Assembly (NCBI GenBank): GCA_002269645.1
Contig: NIVC01000833.1
Span: forward strand, 46,886 to 110,885
Length of the DNA stretch: 64,000 nucleotides
From: Macrostomum lignano
Lineage: Eukaryota
Reading direction: 5' to 3'
The notes under the pieces were generated by a model. That model saw nothing but the letters and a program-made list of their open reading frames with translations, did no database searches and had not been told where the DNA came from. Numbering within the stretch: position 1 is the stretch's first letter; each line of letters opens with the position of its first letter. Of this stretch, positions 49,581 to 60,686 are shown one piece after another. Position numbers and translations under genes: made by a program.

Positions 49581-50578
49581 CCATAAAGAGGCGAATATGC
49601 AGTACATATAGCTTGTAGTAGGAAGATAGCAACGATATTTGGAGCTTGTCAAATTTTGAACTCGATAATCGCAAGATTCTCCATATAAGTCAATTAAAAT
49701 TTTGATCATTTTTGTTCGGGATTAACTACAAAACAGGGCTTGATTGTTTATCTTTCAAAATCGAGGTGAAGTCTCGATTCCTAGAAATTAAAAAAATAAA
49801 ACCCAACCTATCCAGAAGCGATCCTTGAAATCTCCAGGGTCTGAAACAAGCTAATTTGTTCAAATTTCTCCAAATCCAAAATTAATCCTTTTTGTTTTAA
49901 TTTGCTGATCCCATTTGATTAGCGCAGCTCACGCTTTCCACGAAAATAATCTTTTCAAAAAATTTAACGAATTTTTTTCAAAACGTGTTTTTCTTAATTG
50001 AACAATCCTTAGTTGAATCATTTGAAATGTGAATTTAAATTTTTTTAAATGGTATTTACTATTGAGAATATTTATTTATTTAATTCAGTCACCAAGTAGA
50101 GCCAAACGTCAAACAGTTTATTCAGTAAAGGGAACTAAAACATGATTTTCAGCAGAGTTGAGAGCACCTTTTCTACTACTACTGCTTAAGTAGGCATCAC
50201 AACTTGAAAATATCGGAATTGCATGAAAATCAAGAAATACAGATTATTTTTAAGTAGGTACTTTTAAAAGGAAAATTCACGATATTTACTCCTGCAATTA
50301 TCTTAGCAAATACCGCAGTCTCCGATCTCAAACACAACCTCAAATTACCACATACCAAAACTGGACAAAACCAATACCAAAAGAAGCAAATGACGTACGG
50401 ATCAAGAAATCAGAAAGGGATAGAAATCAATTTCTGTTGATTAATTGACAAGCTAAGTAGAGAAAGATTACTGCATGTCTTTTAAAACTACTGTAGAACT
50501 CTGAAACTGGAAGACGTTCATGTATGATTATTATATTCTGCAGCTTTAGCGCAGCTTACTGCTTGTTTTATGGTTAAA

Positions 50579-53500
50579 TCACCTTGGAAACCGTCGAGCC
50601 TCAACCAGTTTGACCCGGTCGTAGCCCAGTAGGCCGCGCAGCAGCTTCAATTCCTTCTGAGTGGGCTGCTGGTAGAGCAGCAAATCGTCGCCGTGAACAG
50701 AGTAGGGAATCTCGATGAACCGCGCCAGACCGACGTGCAGCGCCACGGTCAGCAGCTTTGTTGTCAGCATCGGGTGCAGCAGAGCTGCGTCCGAGCTGGT
50801 GTCCAGCTGCCGCGGAGCGCCGCCAGCAGCCTGCAGCTGATGGTAGGTCCGTCGTTGAGCCAGGCAGTCCAGCGTTCGCCGCTGGCGTTCCAGCTCCTGC
50901 ACTGTGGCATCGTCGGGCGTCGCGCTAGACGGCGCGTTGGCCAACGAATTCGCCAGAAGGCGCAGCTCGCGCGAGTCCCACAGGCAGCAGCGCGTGTCGA
51001 CCGTTAGTCGGACGGCGATGTCCGGTCGACGATCGTGGGGGATCCGCTGCCTGACGTGGAACAGCTCAGGCTGGAGGGACCAGCTCAAGTCCAGCTGCAT
51101 CTGCTTGTCACTCCAGCTGTTCAGCAGCTTCAACTCCGCAGGCCGTTGGCCGCAGCGCAATAGCAAGTTGCATCGTTGGCCACTGTTAGTAGCAAGTCGA
51201 GTGACGTGGGATCGCAATGTTTTGCCTTTTAAAGATCTAAGCAGCCTTTTATCTGCTGCTCTGCTTTCTTTCTGGATCTCCAGCTGCTCGGGAAGCAGTT
51301 GCCAGCAGACTGAGGCGCCTTGGACTCCGGCTGCCACGCCTTCGAGCTTCACGTAGCTGTACTGGCTGAACAGCTCGGCTTCACTCAGCTTTGCCGCCTC
51401 CATCAGCCAGCGCATTCGGGTCTCAAGGAAGCGTGAAAGAACTTCTCGTTGTCTAACAATCTCCCAAAATCGCGGCAGTCGATACTTGCAACACTTTTTT
51501 CCTCTCCTCTCCGAGAGAGTTTTTAGCCGTCGCAGCTGAGCTGAGCGGACACTGTTCTCGCCAGATATTTTTGACTTTCGAGCGAACTTCAGCTTGTAGA
51601 GAGCCTGCCGGCGGACTGAACGCGTTCGCTCCTGTCGCTTGTCCACCGTTTTCTCCATTGTTGAATCCCGTTGTTGAATGTCCATCGCTTTGACTGCTGG
51701 TTTTGGAACTTTACCATTTTTTGGCGGCTGTTTCTTCTCCCGACGGCACATCACGTCGAGTTTCTCCTCAAACTTCTTAACGATCTTGAGTCTTATTGTG
51801 TCCATTTTCTTGGAGAATTCGCTAACCAGTCGGTTCTGCTGCATCTGCTCGTTAGAAAGAATTGATGGATGCCTGTAAACCCGTGTGACATCCTGCTTCT
51901 TCATCTCTTTGACTACAGCCTCTTCGCTTTCGTCTGGATGGGGACTTGGCAGGACAGTGACTTCAACGTACTTCTTCATCATGTTAGAGATGCGTTTAAC
52001 ATTGGTTTCCGCTGTGTCCACAGTGCGCTGCACCTCGTCGCGGGCCTTTTTAGCGCGTACCGCAAAAGACTCAGTTTTCTTAGGTTGCACCTCCGCTGGC
52101 TTGGGCGTTTCCGCTGGCTGCGATTGCTTCTTTTTCAGTTTTGCCTTCAATCGTTCCTCAGTTGTCATTGGAGTGGAGTTCATCTTTGGTTTCGTTTGAG
52201 CTGCAGTCGGTGTACTCTGTGCTGTCTGCGCTTTAGGTGACTTCTTAGCCTGCGGCGAACTATTCTTGATGCCTGCGTGCAGCGCTTGAAGCAAATTGTA
52301 CGCCTTCGAGCCCACGATTTTCAAGTCTTGGCTGTCGTATTTTGCGCCCTTTGTGAGCAGAAAATTGGCCAGCGGTATTCTTTCACCTGGTGCGTCGTCT
52401 GACATGATTGCGAGGTTTAGCACTGTGAAGCCTTCAGGTGATCTCCTGTTCACGTCGGCACCCTTGGCAATCAATTCCGTGGCGATGCTCTGGCTACCCA
52501 GCTTGCCGGCAATCATCAGTGGAGTGAAATTGTCACCGTGTCTGGGGATGTCCAGCTTAGCCGTCGGCGGCGTGAGCACGTTGACCATAGCCAAGTCTTT
52601 CTGCCTGCAGGCAATGTGAAGCGGAGTTTCTCCATCGCTTGAGAACAATTCGAGATTCGGATTCGTTGCCTGGAGAATCAATTTCATTGCGTCTAGGCTT
52701 CTCCTCTCGGCAGCAATGTGCAGCAATGTGTACTGCTTTCCTTCGTAATCGAATAATGCGTCCATATTAAGATGCTCCAGAGTGTTCCGCATTGTTAAAA
52801 CTTTTAACAGATTGGTTCGATTTAGCAGAACACTGTAGTACAAAGCGTTGCGACCTTGCGAGTCCATTTGAAATGGATCCGCATTGGAGTCGACTAGAAG
52901 CTCGAGAAGAACTGTGCCATTCAGCGTAGCAGCGATCGAGCAGGGCGTCTTGCATTCAGACTTACCCTCCGGCATCAAGTTCGGATTAGCTTTATGATTA
53001 AGCAACACTGTGGAAATATTTAAGCTAGCGGTTTGTACTGCCAAACTTAGAGCGCTGAAGCCTTTCTTGCTAAGCATGTTGACGCTCGCGGAAGCTTTCA
53101 GAAGGCGTTCAACAATTCCAAGACTACCGCTACGCGTAGCGGCCATCAGAGGTGTCACGCCTTCGGCGTCAGCGCAGTCCGGTTGAAACCCTCGATCGAG
53201 GAGGAACGAGACAATGTCTTCAGTGCGGTTCTCGCAAGCAACGCAGAGTAGCGGCATCTCTGAGCAGCTATTGGCCTTTTCGAGACTTGCACCCGAATCT
53301 AGCAACAATTTCACCAAGTTCAGGTTCTTGGACATGATTGCCAGACGAATGGGCATCTCAGCCGCCAAGTTTGGCTCGTTGATAAGCCTCGCCAAAGCTG
53401 GAAGCTCTGTCAAGTAGCGAACGATAGACTCGCGGCCAAGGCGCGCCGCAGCGTGCAGCACCGTATTGCCAGCAGAGTCCCTGCCGTCTGGCTGCAGAAC

Positions 53501-54481
53501 TTTGTGGTGCACTAAAATCAAGTGCTGCAGCATTGACAACTCGGCGTACTCGGCGGCGTGGAACAAAGCTGTCCGGCCCTTGTCGTCAGCGGCGTCGATT
53601 GCAACACCCTGCTTCATCATTTCAGCGACGAATGTCTTTTGATCCCACGGCTTAGCCGACTGGTTATTGGATGGGCCAAAGTCGACGGGGTCGCTGTCAG
53701 CGGTTGAGCAGCTAATCTGGGGTCGTTGGCAAGCCAGCATGATGACTGTCCGCCCGTCTTCAGTGACAGCCTTAACATCGGCGCCCCACTTTATTAGCCT
53801 AGCCGCCATGGAGAACTTTCCAGCTTCTACAGCGTGCAGCAGTGGAGTGTAGCCTGCCGAATCCCGATCGTTAATAATCTCCGCAAGCCTGCTCTCGCTG
53901 ATGTACTTGTAAATTGGCCAGGCTTTGCCAGCTCTAGCCAGCATCATGAGCACAGTGCGGCCATGCCGATCCCTGACAGCGAGATCGGCTCCGGTTTTCT
54001 CCACCAGCAGGTGCTCAACTATGGCCACGTGACCGCATTCCGCTGCAACAAACAGAGCGGTCTTACCGTCCCGATCAACTGGAACCTGACTGGCGCCGGC
54101 ACCCAGGAGACACCGGGCGAGCTCTAGACGACCCTCTGCTAGCGCGTGCATTAGAGCTGTTCGGCCCTTGGCGTCTTGAATGTCCAGCTTGGAGCCGTAG
54201 TTAACCAGGAGTCGCAATAGCGGCTGGTGACCGTTCTTAGCCGCCAATATCAACGGCGTTTGGCCATCCAAGTTCAGATCGTTGATGTTGGCCCCGTTCT
54301 TGATAAGACATCGGACTACGTCCAAATGGCCATTGGACGAGGCTGCTAGTATAGGACTTAAGCCGTCTCTTTTAGATTTCTCGTTGACTACTCTGTACTT
54401 GGTCAGCTCAAAGCTTCGCAGATCAGCTGGAGTCAGCCGCCTGTCCATTGTTAGGACTCTTTTGACGGCTTTTAGTCCCAA
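50579..54481 (-). CDS. Intronless ankyrin-repeat protein (~19 ANK repeats, then a charged/coiled linker and an unrecognised C-terminal domain), nested in an MPDZ intron
   Basis: 3.9-kb stop-free non-repetitive frame; repeated G.TPL..AA..G motifs over the first ~730 aa; first ATG at 54448 (1289 aa); TAA stop at 50579. Confidence 0.93.
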   Translation of the reverse strand: MGLKAVKRVLTMDRRLTPADLRSFELTKYRVVNEKSKRDGLSPILAASSNGHLDVVRCLIKNGANINDLNLDGQTPLILAAKNGHQPLLRLLVNYGSKLDIQDAKGRTALMHALAEGRLELARCLLGAGASQVPVDRDGKTALFVAAECGHVAIVEHLLVEKTGADLAVRDRHGRTVLMMLARAGKAWPIYKYISESRLAEIINDRDSAGYTPLLHAVEAGKFSMAARLIKWGADVKAVTEDGRTVIMLACQRPQISCSTADSDPVDFGPSNNQSAKPWDQKTFVAEMMKQGVAIDAADDKGRTALFHAAEYAELSMLQHLILVHHKVLQPDGRDSAGNTVLHAAARLGRESIVRYLTELPALARLINEPNLAAEMPIRLAIMSKNLNLVKLLLDSGASLEKANSCSEMPLLCVACENRTEDIVSFLLDRGFQPDCADAEGVTPLMAATRSGSLGIVERLLKASASVNMLSKKGFSALSLAVQTASLNISTVLLNHKANPNLMPEGKSECKTPCSIAATLNGTVLLELLVDSNADPFQMDSQGRNALYYSVLLNRTNLLKVLTMRNTLEHLNMDALFDYEGKQYTLLHIAAERRSLDAMKLILQATNPNLELFSSDGETPLHIACRQKDLAMVNVLTPPTAKLDIPRHGDNFTPLMIAGKLGSQSIATELIAKGADVNRRSPEGFTVLNLAIMSDDAPGERIPLANFLLTKGAKYDSQDLKIVGSKAYNLLQALHAGIKNSSPQAKKSPKAQTAQSTPTAAQTKPKMNSTPMTTEERLKAKLKKKQSQPAETPKPAEVQPKKTESFAVRAKKARDEVQRTVDTAETNVKRISNMMKKYVEVTVLPSPHPDESEEAVVKEMKKQDVTRVYRHPSILSNEQMQQNRLVSEFSKKMDTIRLKIVKKFEEKLDVMCRREKKQPPKNGKVPKPAVKAMDIQQRDSTMEKTVDKRQERTRSVRRQALYKLKFARKSKISGENSVRSAQLRRLKTLSERRGKKCCKYRLPRFWEIVRQREVLSRFLETRMRWLMEAAKLSEAELFSQYSYVKLEGVAAGVQGASVCWQLLPEQLEIQKESRAADKRLLRSLKGKTLRSHVTRLATNSGQRCNLLLRCGQRPAELKLLNSWSDKQMQLDLSWSLQPELFHVRQRIPHDRRPDIAVRLTVDTRCCLWDSRELRLLANSLANAPSSATPDDATVQELERQRRTLDCLAQRRTYHQLQAAGGAPRQLDTSSDAALLHPMLTTKLLTVALHVGLARFIEIPYSVHGDDLLLYQQPTQKELKLLRGLLGYDRVKLVEARRFPR

Positions 54482-55375
54482 CTAGCAACGAAGCTTGCAA
54501 TAAAGCTGGCTCCAGCTTTCAAAAACCGTTTGCAACAACGCTGTGGGTTTAGTAGGAACCAACATTATAAAGCATGCAGCCAGGGTTTCCACGGAAAAGC
54601 CTTTTCAATCTCAAAGCATGCGCGGCACGACCGCGAATAAACCAAGGCCGGCCCTAGCCTGATAGTGATAGTACTCAGTCCGTGTACTGTACGCCCCAAC
54701 ACACGCTCGCTGGGGTTGTCGCAGTGTACACACCGCTTGAACGCGCCTAAACGCACGAAAGCGCTAATCTAGATTCAGAAAGACTGTCTTCTTAAATAAA
54801 GCTGAAACTCGACTCAACGCTTTCGAAAAAACCATTGCCTGCCTTCTTTTATAATGAAGTGGAGGTTCATGGTTCAGCCGCATGGCTAGAGCAAGTTTAA
54901 ACTCGATTTAGGCAAAAGGCTTACTAGTAGCTTACTGTGTGTACTGGCCCAAATCCTTCCTCTCTTTCCTAAGTGTGTCAAGAAACTTGCTCTAGCAGGC
55001 AGGAACAGGGGGAATGCGCTGCTAATTCAGCTATCTTTTCTTCTTAACACTCTCCTCTCCTCCTTCAGCCTTTCCACTCTTCTCTCTCTCAAGGGAGTTG
55101 ATAGCGGAAGAGAGAGGAGAGGGAATGGGGGGTTGTTTTGGGGGGGGGGGTTGCCTTTCAGTGTACGAGCGTAAAAACTGGGTGAGAGGGGGGGGGGGTT
55201 GGGGCATCGTAGCGATTGTACAGTCCAGCTGCGTTTATTTTTATCTGACCATCGTTTGACCCTACTGCTAGTAGCCAAGCAAGAACTCTTTCGACATTCG
55301 ATGCAAGTCGAGTCGCTGTTAAGTGACTTTAATAAAAAAAGTTTTGATCTCCATTTATCCCATCTCCTTCACCAG

Positions 55376-56119
55376 GTGAATGGCAAAAAGCTTTACGGCT
55401 TGAATCATCTCGAGGTGGTTGAGATTCTAAAAAACTTGCCGAAACATGTTCGAATCGTGTGCGCAAGGCGAGTGCAGAACCGTCTGCAGCAGGAGGACGG
55501 AGACGTGGCGGCAGCTTGCAGAGACGATGCCGACAGTCTCGACATCGACCAGATGGACGACGACGATTTGATGACAACTCGGTGCCGGACGACTCGACAG
55601 TCGCAGCCCGAGGCAGACTTGAGCGCCGCAGACGGGAACGCCAACACTGCGACGCTGCCTTCAAGAGGCGGCAGCGGCAGCGGGAACAACAAGAGTCAAT
55701 CATTCGACGATTTTTCCAACACCGGCTACTGGTCGAATATTCCGACAGTGGTGGAGCTGGAAAAGACACCCGCTGGCTTGGGGTTCAGCGTGTTGGACTA
55801 TCAAGATCCGCTGAGCGCCGATGAGACGGTGATCATCATACGCAGTCTGGTGCCGAACGGAGCAGCGCACAGGGACGGCCGACTTCTGCCTGGCGATCGT
55901 CTGCTGTTCGTGAACGACACCAACTTGGAGCGAGCCAGCCTGGAGGAGACGGTTCGCTGCTTGAAATCCGCGCCCCGCGGTCGCATTGCCATCGGGGTGG
56001 CCAAGCCCCGACCGTTGGCGTCGGCATCGGCGGAGCGCAAGACCAGCATCGTGGACAATCGGCATCTGCCTGCGTCGAGCGGGCCGCGGCAGAGGCGGCA
56101 GCAGCAATTGCTCAAGACG
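55376..56119 (+). CDS. MPDZ: MPDZ/PATJ exon, second half of PDZ4 and complete PDZ5
   Basis: Acceptor CACCAG|GTG, phase 0; VNGKKLYGLNHLEVVEILKNLPKHVRIVCARR ends PDZ4; GLGFSVLDYQDPL...TVIIIRSLVPNGAA.RDGRLLPGDRLLFVND.NLE.ASLEE.V..LK.AP.G...IGVAKP is diagnostic MPDZ/PATJ PDZ5; donor ACG|GTAAGT. Confidence 0.96.
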
Positions 56120-56573
56120 GTAAGTCTTCTCAGTTCTCACGGGAGAAACAATATTCCCAATTGTTTTCTTTGCTCCGATATGAGCCGGATGCCTATCGCT
56201 CGAAGCTTTGTTCACTGAATCCTGAATATTGTTCACGGAAAGGAATTTATAATTAATCCAACAGAACGCGCACTTCCCGGCGAAAGTTCGCATGTTTCTG
56301 ATTTGAGCTCGTAAATCAGCTATACGTATTTCTTTGTACTCGAATTTTTGGAAGGATGGAAGAACTTCATGCGTCACAGCGCCGATCAGGTTAAAGTTAA
56401 GCGCATCGTTTCATATTGACTGCGAGACACGATGCTTTTTTGCAGTAGCTCGTGTACTTTCCGAGCACGAATCTGACGGAAATTTGACAAAATTGACAAT
56501 GTCTTTACCTTAGAAAACATGGCAATCAAAGCAATAAAAAACTTTGAATCCCAATTGCCTGGTTTGGCTGCAG

Positions 56574-57311
56574 TCAAACCTGTCAACGCCTCAGCTGTCG
56601 CAGCATCAGCAGCAGCAGCCTGCAGTCAAGCACCGGCCAATTCAGATCAGTAGCTCCTCCGTGTCCTCTCGACTGGACAGCATCGAAGAGGATTTCGCTG
56701 GCACCGACAGCTGCCTGCGAGAGCACGCAAGAGCTCTGCGGCTCGACCTGACTAACAGCATCGACCCCGACTCTTGTCAGCGAGGCTCGAAGTTTTCCAG
56801 CGCAGGCAATCGATCAAGAGCCTCTTTCGACTCCTCCGCAGCCACCGATGAAGAACTGCGCCACTCGGAGACTCCCAGTTCGGAAGTATTGAATTGCTAT
56901 AGTGCACAGATTGTGCAGCAAGCAATGTCCACTGTGCTAGCACAGCTGGCTTCGGAATACAAGCCTAGGCCTCATCCCAGCACCACCAGTACGAGGAGCT
57001 CGGTCGCTTCCACCCTGTCCCCTTTCGACACTGCCGATCCGCTGTCCATTGTTGAGTGCCATGACGACGAAGCCAACTCTGCTCATCGAATCGTTGCCTC
57101 GGCCATTGAAGCGGCTCGCAGACAACTGCTCCAGCAAGATCAACACATGCCGGACGGGAAAACTGTTCTCACCTACGCTTCTTCCAAAACATCGGCGTCT
57201 TCCTCTTCATTAAATAGTTTGGCGTCATCCTCGTCATCCGGAGACATGCTGATCGAGCTGGAGCAAGTCGAAGACTGCGGCTCCGACACCGATGCGCTTT
57301 TCAACCACCAG
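56574..57311 (+). CDS. MPDZ: MPDZ/PATJ Ser-rich linker exon (acceptor at 56574 or 56595)
   Basis: Long open frame with coding-like codon use, in-phase CAG acceptors, donor CAG|GTGAGA, phase 0. Confidence 0.75.
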
Positions 57312-58184
57312 GTGAGACAGAGCAGCTCCCACGAAGAGACGCACCCTTCTGCTCGACGCGTCGTCAATGTCTGTCGTGTTGTGGTACCTGTCCTTTTTAG
57401 TTATGCAGCTAATAGTTATAATAAAAGACCCTGCTTGAAGGCTTCTTTCTGTTCTAACAGTAGTTTAACACTTACCTAACAGCATGTCGTCGTTAGTTGA
57501 GTATTTTTGTTGTGCCGTTAATTATGAAAAATTGTTTTTTTGTATTTTCTCCGTGTTAGATTTTACACTTTGCTGTAAGTTCAATGCGTACTTTTACACC
57601 AGATCGACGTACTTGACGCGGATTTATACACAGCTTTAAGCTACCAGCGATCTACTCTGGAGGTAACCTTACCAACATAAATCACAGATTTAGCATCGCA
57701 TGTGCACATTGAATAAATTCTTTAGGAGCTATTTGTCAATAATTGAGCATGATGTTGGTGAAATCAACGACCATATATCCCTGTCACAGTTGAGAGTTGG
57801 ACTGATCGGTAATCGAGATCAATACCCAGCGAGGTGAATGGGTCATGGTAGTTTGAGAAGCTTGACAATTTTTTATCCAAAGCAAAACTGCTTACAAAAT
57901 TTCTGATACTTCAGAGCAGTTTGATCCTGTCAGCTTCTACTATTCATGTAGCTCTAACAAGTGCATTGAGTAGAACCTGAGAACCCGTTTTTGCGCTTCT
58001 CGATTGAATATTATAGTTACTCAGCAGCAGCTACATACACTGTAGTCACGCGGCACAAAACTGTCACTGGTGACGTGTTGAGGCCGGTTTGCGATAGACT
58101 AGTAGCTCCGCAGTTGGAATATTGCGCAAACGTATTTTAAAAATGGTCTTTAACAACTTTAAACGGATTTAGCAGCAAAGGCCA

Positions 58185-58553
58185 AGGGCTTTAGCACCAG
58201 GGGATTAAGCACTAGGGGCTTTAGCACCAGGGGATTAAGCACCAGGGGCTTTAGCACCAGGGGATTTAGCACTAGGGGCTTTAGCACAAGGAGCTTTAGC
58301 ACCAGGGGCTTTAGCACCAGGGGCTTTATCACCAGGGGCTTTAGCACCAGTGGCTTTAGCACCAGGGGCTTTAGCACCAGGGGCTTAGAACCGGGGGCTT
58401 TAGCACCAGGGGCTTTAGCACCAGGGGCTTTAGCACCAGGGGCTTTAGCACCAGGGGCTTTAGCAACAGGGGCTTTAGCACCAGGGGGTTTAGCAACAGG
58501 GGCTTTAGCACCAGGGGCTTTAGCACCAGGGGCTTTAGCACCAAGAGCTTTAG
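58185..58553. repeat. 15-bp minisatellite (TAGCACCAGGGGCTT)n, ~24 copies, same family as 13010-13218 and 14040-17050
   Basis: Identical consensus unit. Confidence 0.95.
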
Positions 58554-58616
58554 CCAGCTGCCGTGACGCCAACCGTGCATAATCACGTGCACGCAAAACT
58601 ATCGAGTTACTTGCAG

Positions 58617-58772
58617 CTGTTTCCGTTGTCTCGTCGTCCACAGGAGCTGCTCGATGCAGAAGCGGAAATCGACGACGAAGAGGACGAATTGGTGCTGATG
58701 CGACCGCCGCGACAGGTGGCCTTCGGCGGTGCCACGTCGATCAGCTACTTCGGTGCATCGACTCCTCCGCAG
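58617..58772 (+). CDS. MPDZ: MPDZ/PATJ linker exon
   Basis: Acceptor TTGCAG|CTG, donor CAG|GTTCGT, phase 0/0, acidic peptide. Confidence 0.7.
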
Positions 58773-58921
58773 GTTCGTGCTGTGAGTTGGCCACGTAGTT
58801 TGAGTACAGGGTTTTGCTATGCGCCACTTTTTATTAAATACGGGGTGAAGCAAGCAGCCTACTTAGTTTCAGACTAACCTCTGACAATTCCGCTTAACTC
58901 TGCTTAAAATCAACACCGCAG

Positions 58922-59211
58922 GTGTCTCAACCGATGCAGCTGCAGTTGCCGCAGTCAATGGAGCGCTGCCTTCATATCAGACCTCGTCCTGGCGACACCC
59001 TCGAACTCGGCCTCGTAGTTGAGTCAGTGGACTCTGGCGTCAACGGGTGCATCATCCGCAGAGTCCTTGAGGGCGGCCTCGCCCACTCCGAGGGCAGCCT
59101 GCAACCGTGCGATTTTGTGACGGCCGTCAACTCGGAGTCTCTGCGGCGCCTGACAACGTCCGAGGCGAGAGAGCGACTTCGATGCGCGGGCGCACTTGGC
59201 CGAGATTTGTT
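58922..59211 (+). CDS. MPDZ: MPDZ/PATJ exon, divergent PDZ6
   Basis: Acceptor CCGCAG|GTG; LGLVVESVDSGVNGCIIRRVLEGGLAHSEGSLQPCDFVTAVNSESLRRLTTSEARERLR has PDZ-fold spacing; donor TT|GTGAGA, phase 2. Confidence 0.85.
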
Positions 59212-59433
59212 GTGAGACTCTTTGAATCTTTGATAGAGCGCTTCTTCAGAGTCGAGAAGGAAGTGCTGAATTAGCGAACATGGCTTTTTACCATTGGCTC
59301 TCGTGCAAGTTGACGAGCAATAAAATGCGCTGTTACGTCATCCCGTCTTCCCGGAGTTGATAGCGCACAGATTTAATACTTCAAGTAGTTGATACAAAAT
59401 CGTTTGTTTCCTCCATCACTTAATTCACTCCAG

Positions 59434-59550
59434 CATCCGATACTACTCAGCGGCAGACATATCTCGACACCTGACATCGTTCAAATCGCACCAATCTGAG
59501 TCGCAGAGCTCAGCGGAGCACGGGCTGCATAGTCGCTACGAGTATGCTAT
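59434..59550 (+). CDS. MPDZ: MPDZ/PATJ exon, end of PDZ6 and linker
   Basis: Acceptor CTCCAG|C, phase 2 (FIRYYSAADISRHL...); donor AT|GTGAGT, phase 2. Confidence 0.8.
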
Positions 59551-59794
59551 GTGAGTCATCTTCACGTATTATTCCTTGTTGATGACGTTGGCAACTATTT
59601 CTAATTACATGTAATCGAATTCAGTAACATATTCGTAGAATTTGGCTCTGTTACCTGTTTGACTGTAAGACGGTAAATTCCACCTTTAGGACAGGTAAAT
59701 CCACCTGTAAAACGAGTAGCTTAAGTCACAAGCTGGGAGATACTAACAACTGGTAGATACCAAGAAAATTTCAATCGCCCAACGCAATCTTCAG

Positions 59795-60259
59795 CGTCCA
59801 CTATTCGGACGAAGATCAGCGTAGCGGCTCAATGTCACCTCAGCCCACCAAGCCAGCGAGGACCAACGGAGCAGTCGACAGCGAGTCGATCATCTATCTA
59901 GACGAGGACGAGCGCGCCCTGGCCGAGGCGGCGGCAGAACAGGTCCCAACTGAAGCGGAAGTGCCAACAGCCGACGAAGAGCCCGCAGCGACGCCAGCGC
60001 AGACGCTGCCGCAGGCACGCGAGAAGTCGTTGTCGCTGGATGGCTCTCCGGCGAACGCCAACGCCAGCAGCTGGAGCGAGCCGCGGCTGGTCAGACTGCG
60101 CCGGGATGCCAACCGCAGTCTCGGGTCAGCATTGTGGGCGGCCGAGTCAACGGCCACGACCTGCAGCAGGGCATCAGCGGAGTCTTCATCAAGCAGGTGG
60201 CCGAGGCTGAGTCCAATAGGCGAGACGGCGTGCTCAGGACTGGCGATAGGATTTTGGCG
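59795..60259 (+). CDS. MPDZ: MPDZ/PATJ exon, first part of PDZ7, containing an apparent 1-nt deletion at 60123-60125
   Basis: Acceptor TTCAG|C, phase 2; WSEPRLVRLRRDANRSLG in one frame, then VSIVGGRVNG...ISGVFIKQV...GVLRTGDRILA in the shifted frame; donor GCG|GTGAGG. Confidence 0.85.
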
Positions 60260-60289
60260 GTGAGGCTTACTAATAAAGCAATGGTGCCG

Positions 60290-60455
60290 TCCTGACATCC
60301 TGACCTCCTGACATTCTGCTATCCTGACATCCTGACATCCTGATATCCTGACATCCTGCCATCCTGCCATCCTGCCATCCTGACATCCTGACATCCTGAC
60401 ATCCTGACATCCTGCCATCCTGACATCCTGACATCCTGACATCCTGACATCCTGA
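60290..60455. repeat. 8/9-bp repeat (CCTGACAT/CCTGCCAT)n
   Basis: Direct periodicity. Confidence 0.9.
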
Positions 60456-60575
60456 TACATCAAACAATCGCTGTCTCTGCATTAAAATATTGCTTTACTT
60501 GCAGTAATCGAATATTACACACAACCTATTCTAGAATCAATAAATGAAGATCAATAACTTATTCATTACGCCCAG

Positions 60576-60686
60576 GTATGCGGCCAGGACCTGACGCACG
60601 CAACTCACGATGAAGCTGTCAATTTAATTAGAAACGCGCCGTCTCCAGTTGAATTCTGCATTCAATCTCTGCTGAACCCTTCGTGT
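60576..60686 (+). CDS. MPDZ: MPDZ/PATJ exon, end of PDZ7; gene continues beyond the window
   Basis: Acceptor CCCAG|GTA; VCGQDLTHATHDEAVNLIRNAPSPVEFCIQSL completes the PDZ; donor TGT|GTAAGT. Confidence 0.9.

Noticed and set aside
50693-54485. Plus-strand short ORFs over the ankyrin gene
   Set aside because: Antisense shadows of a long real CDS.
54565-54756. 63-aa ORF with two CxxC motifs upstream of the ankyrin gene
   Set aside because: GTG start only, short, and no splice donor linking it to the ankyrin frame; likely chance.
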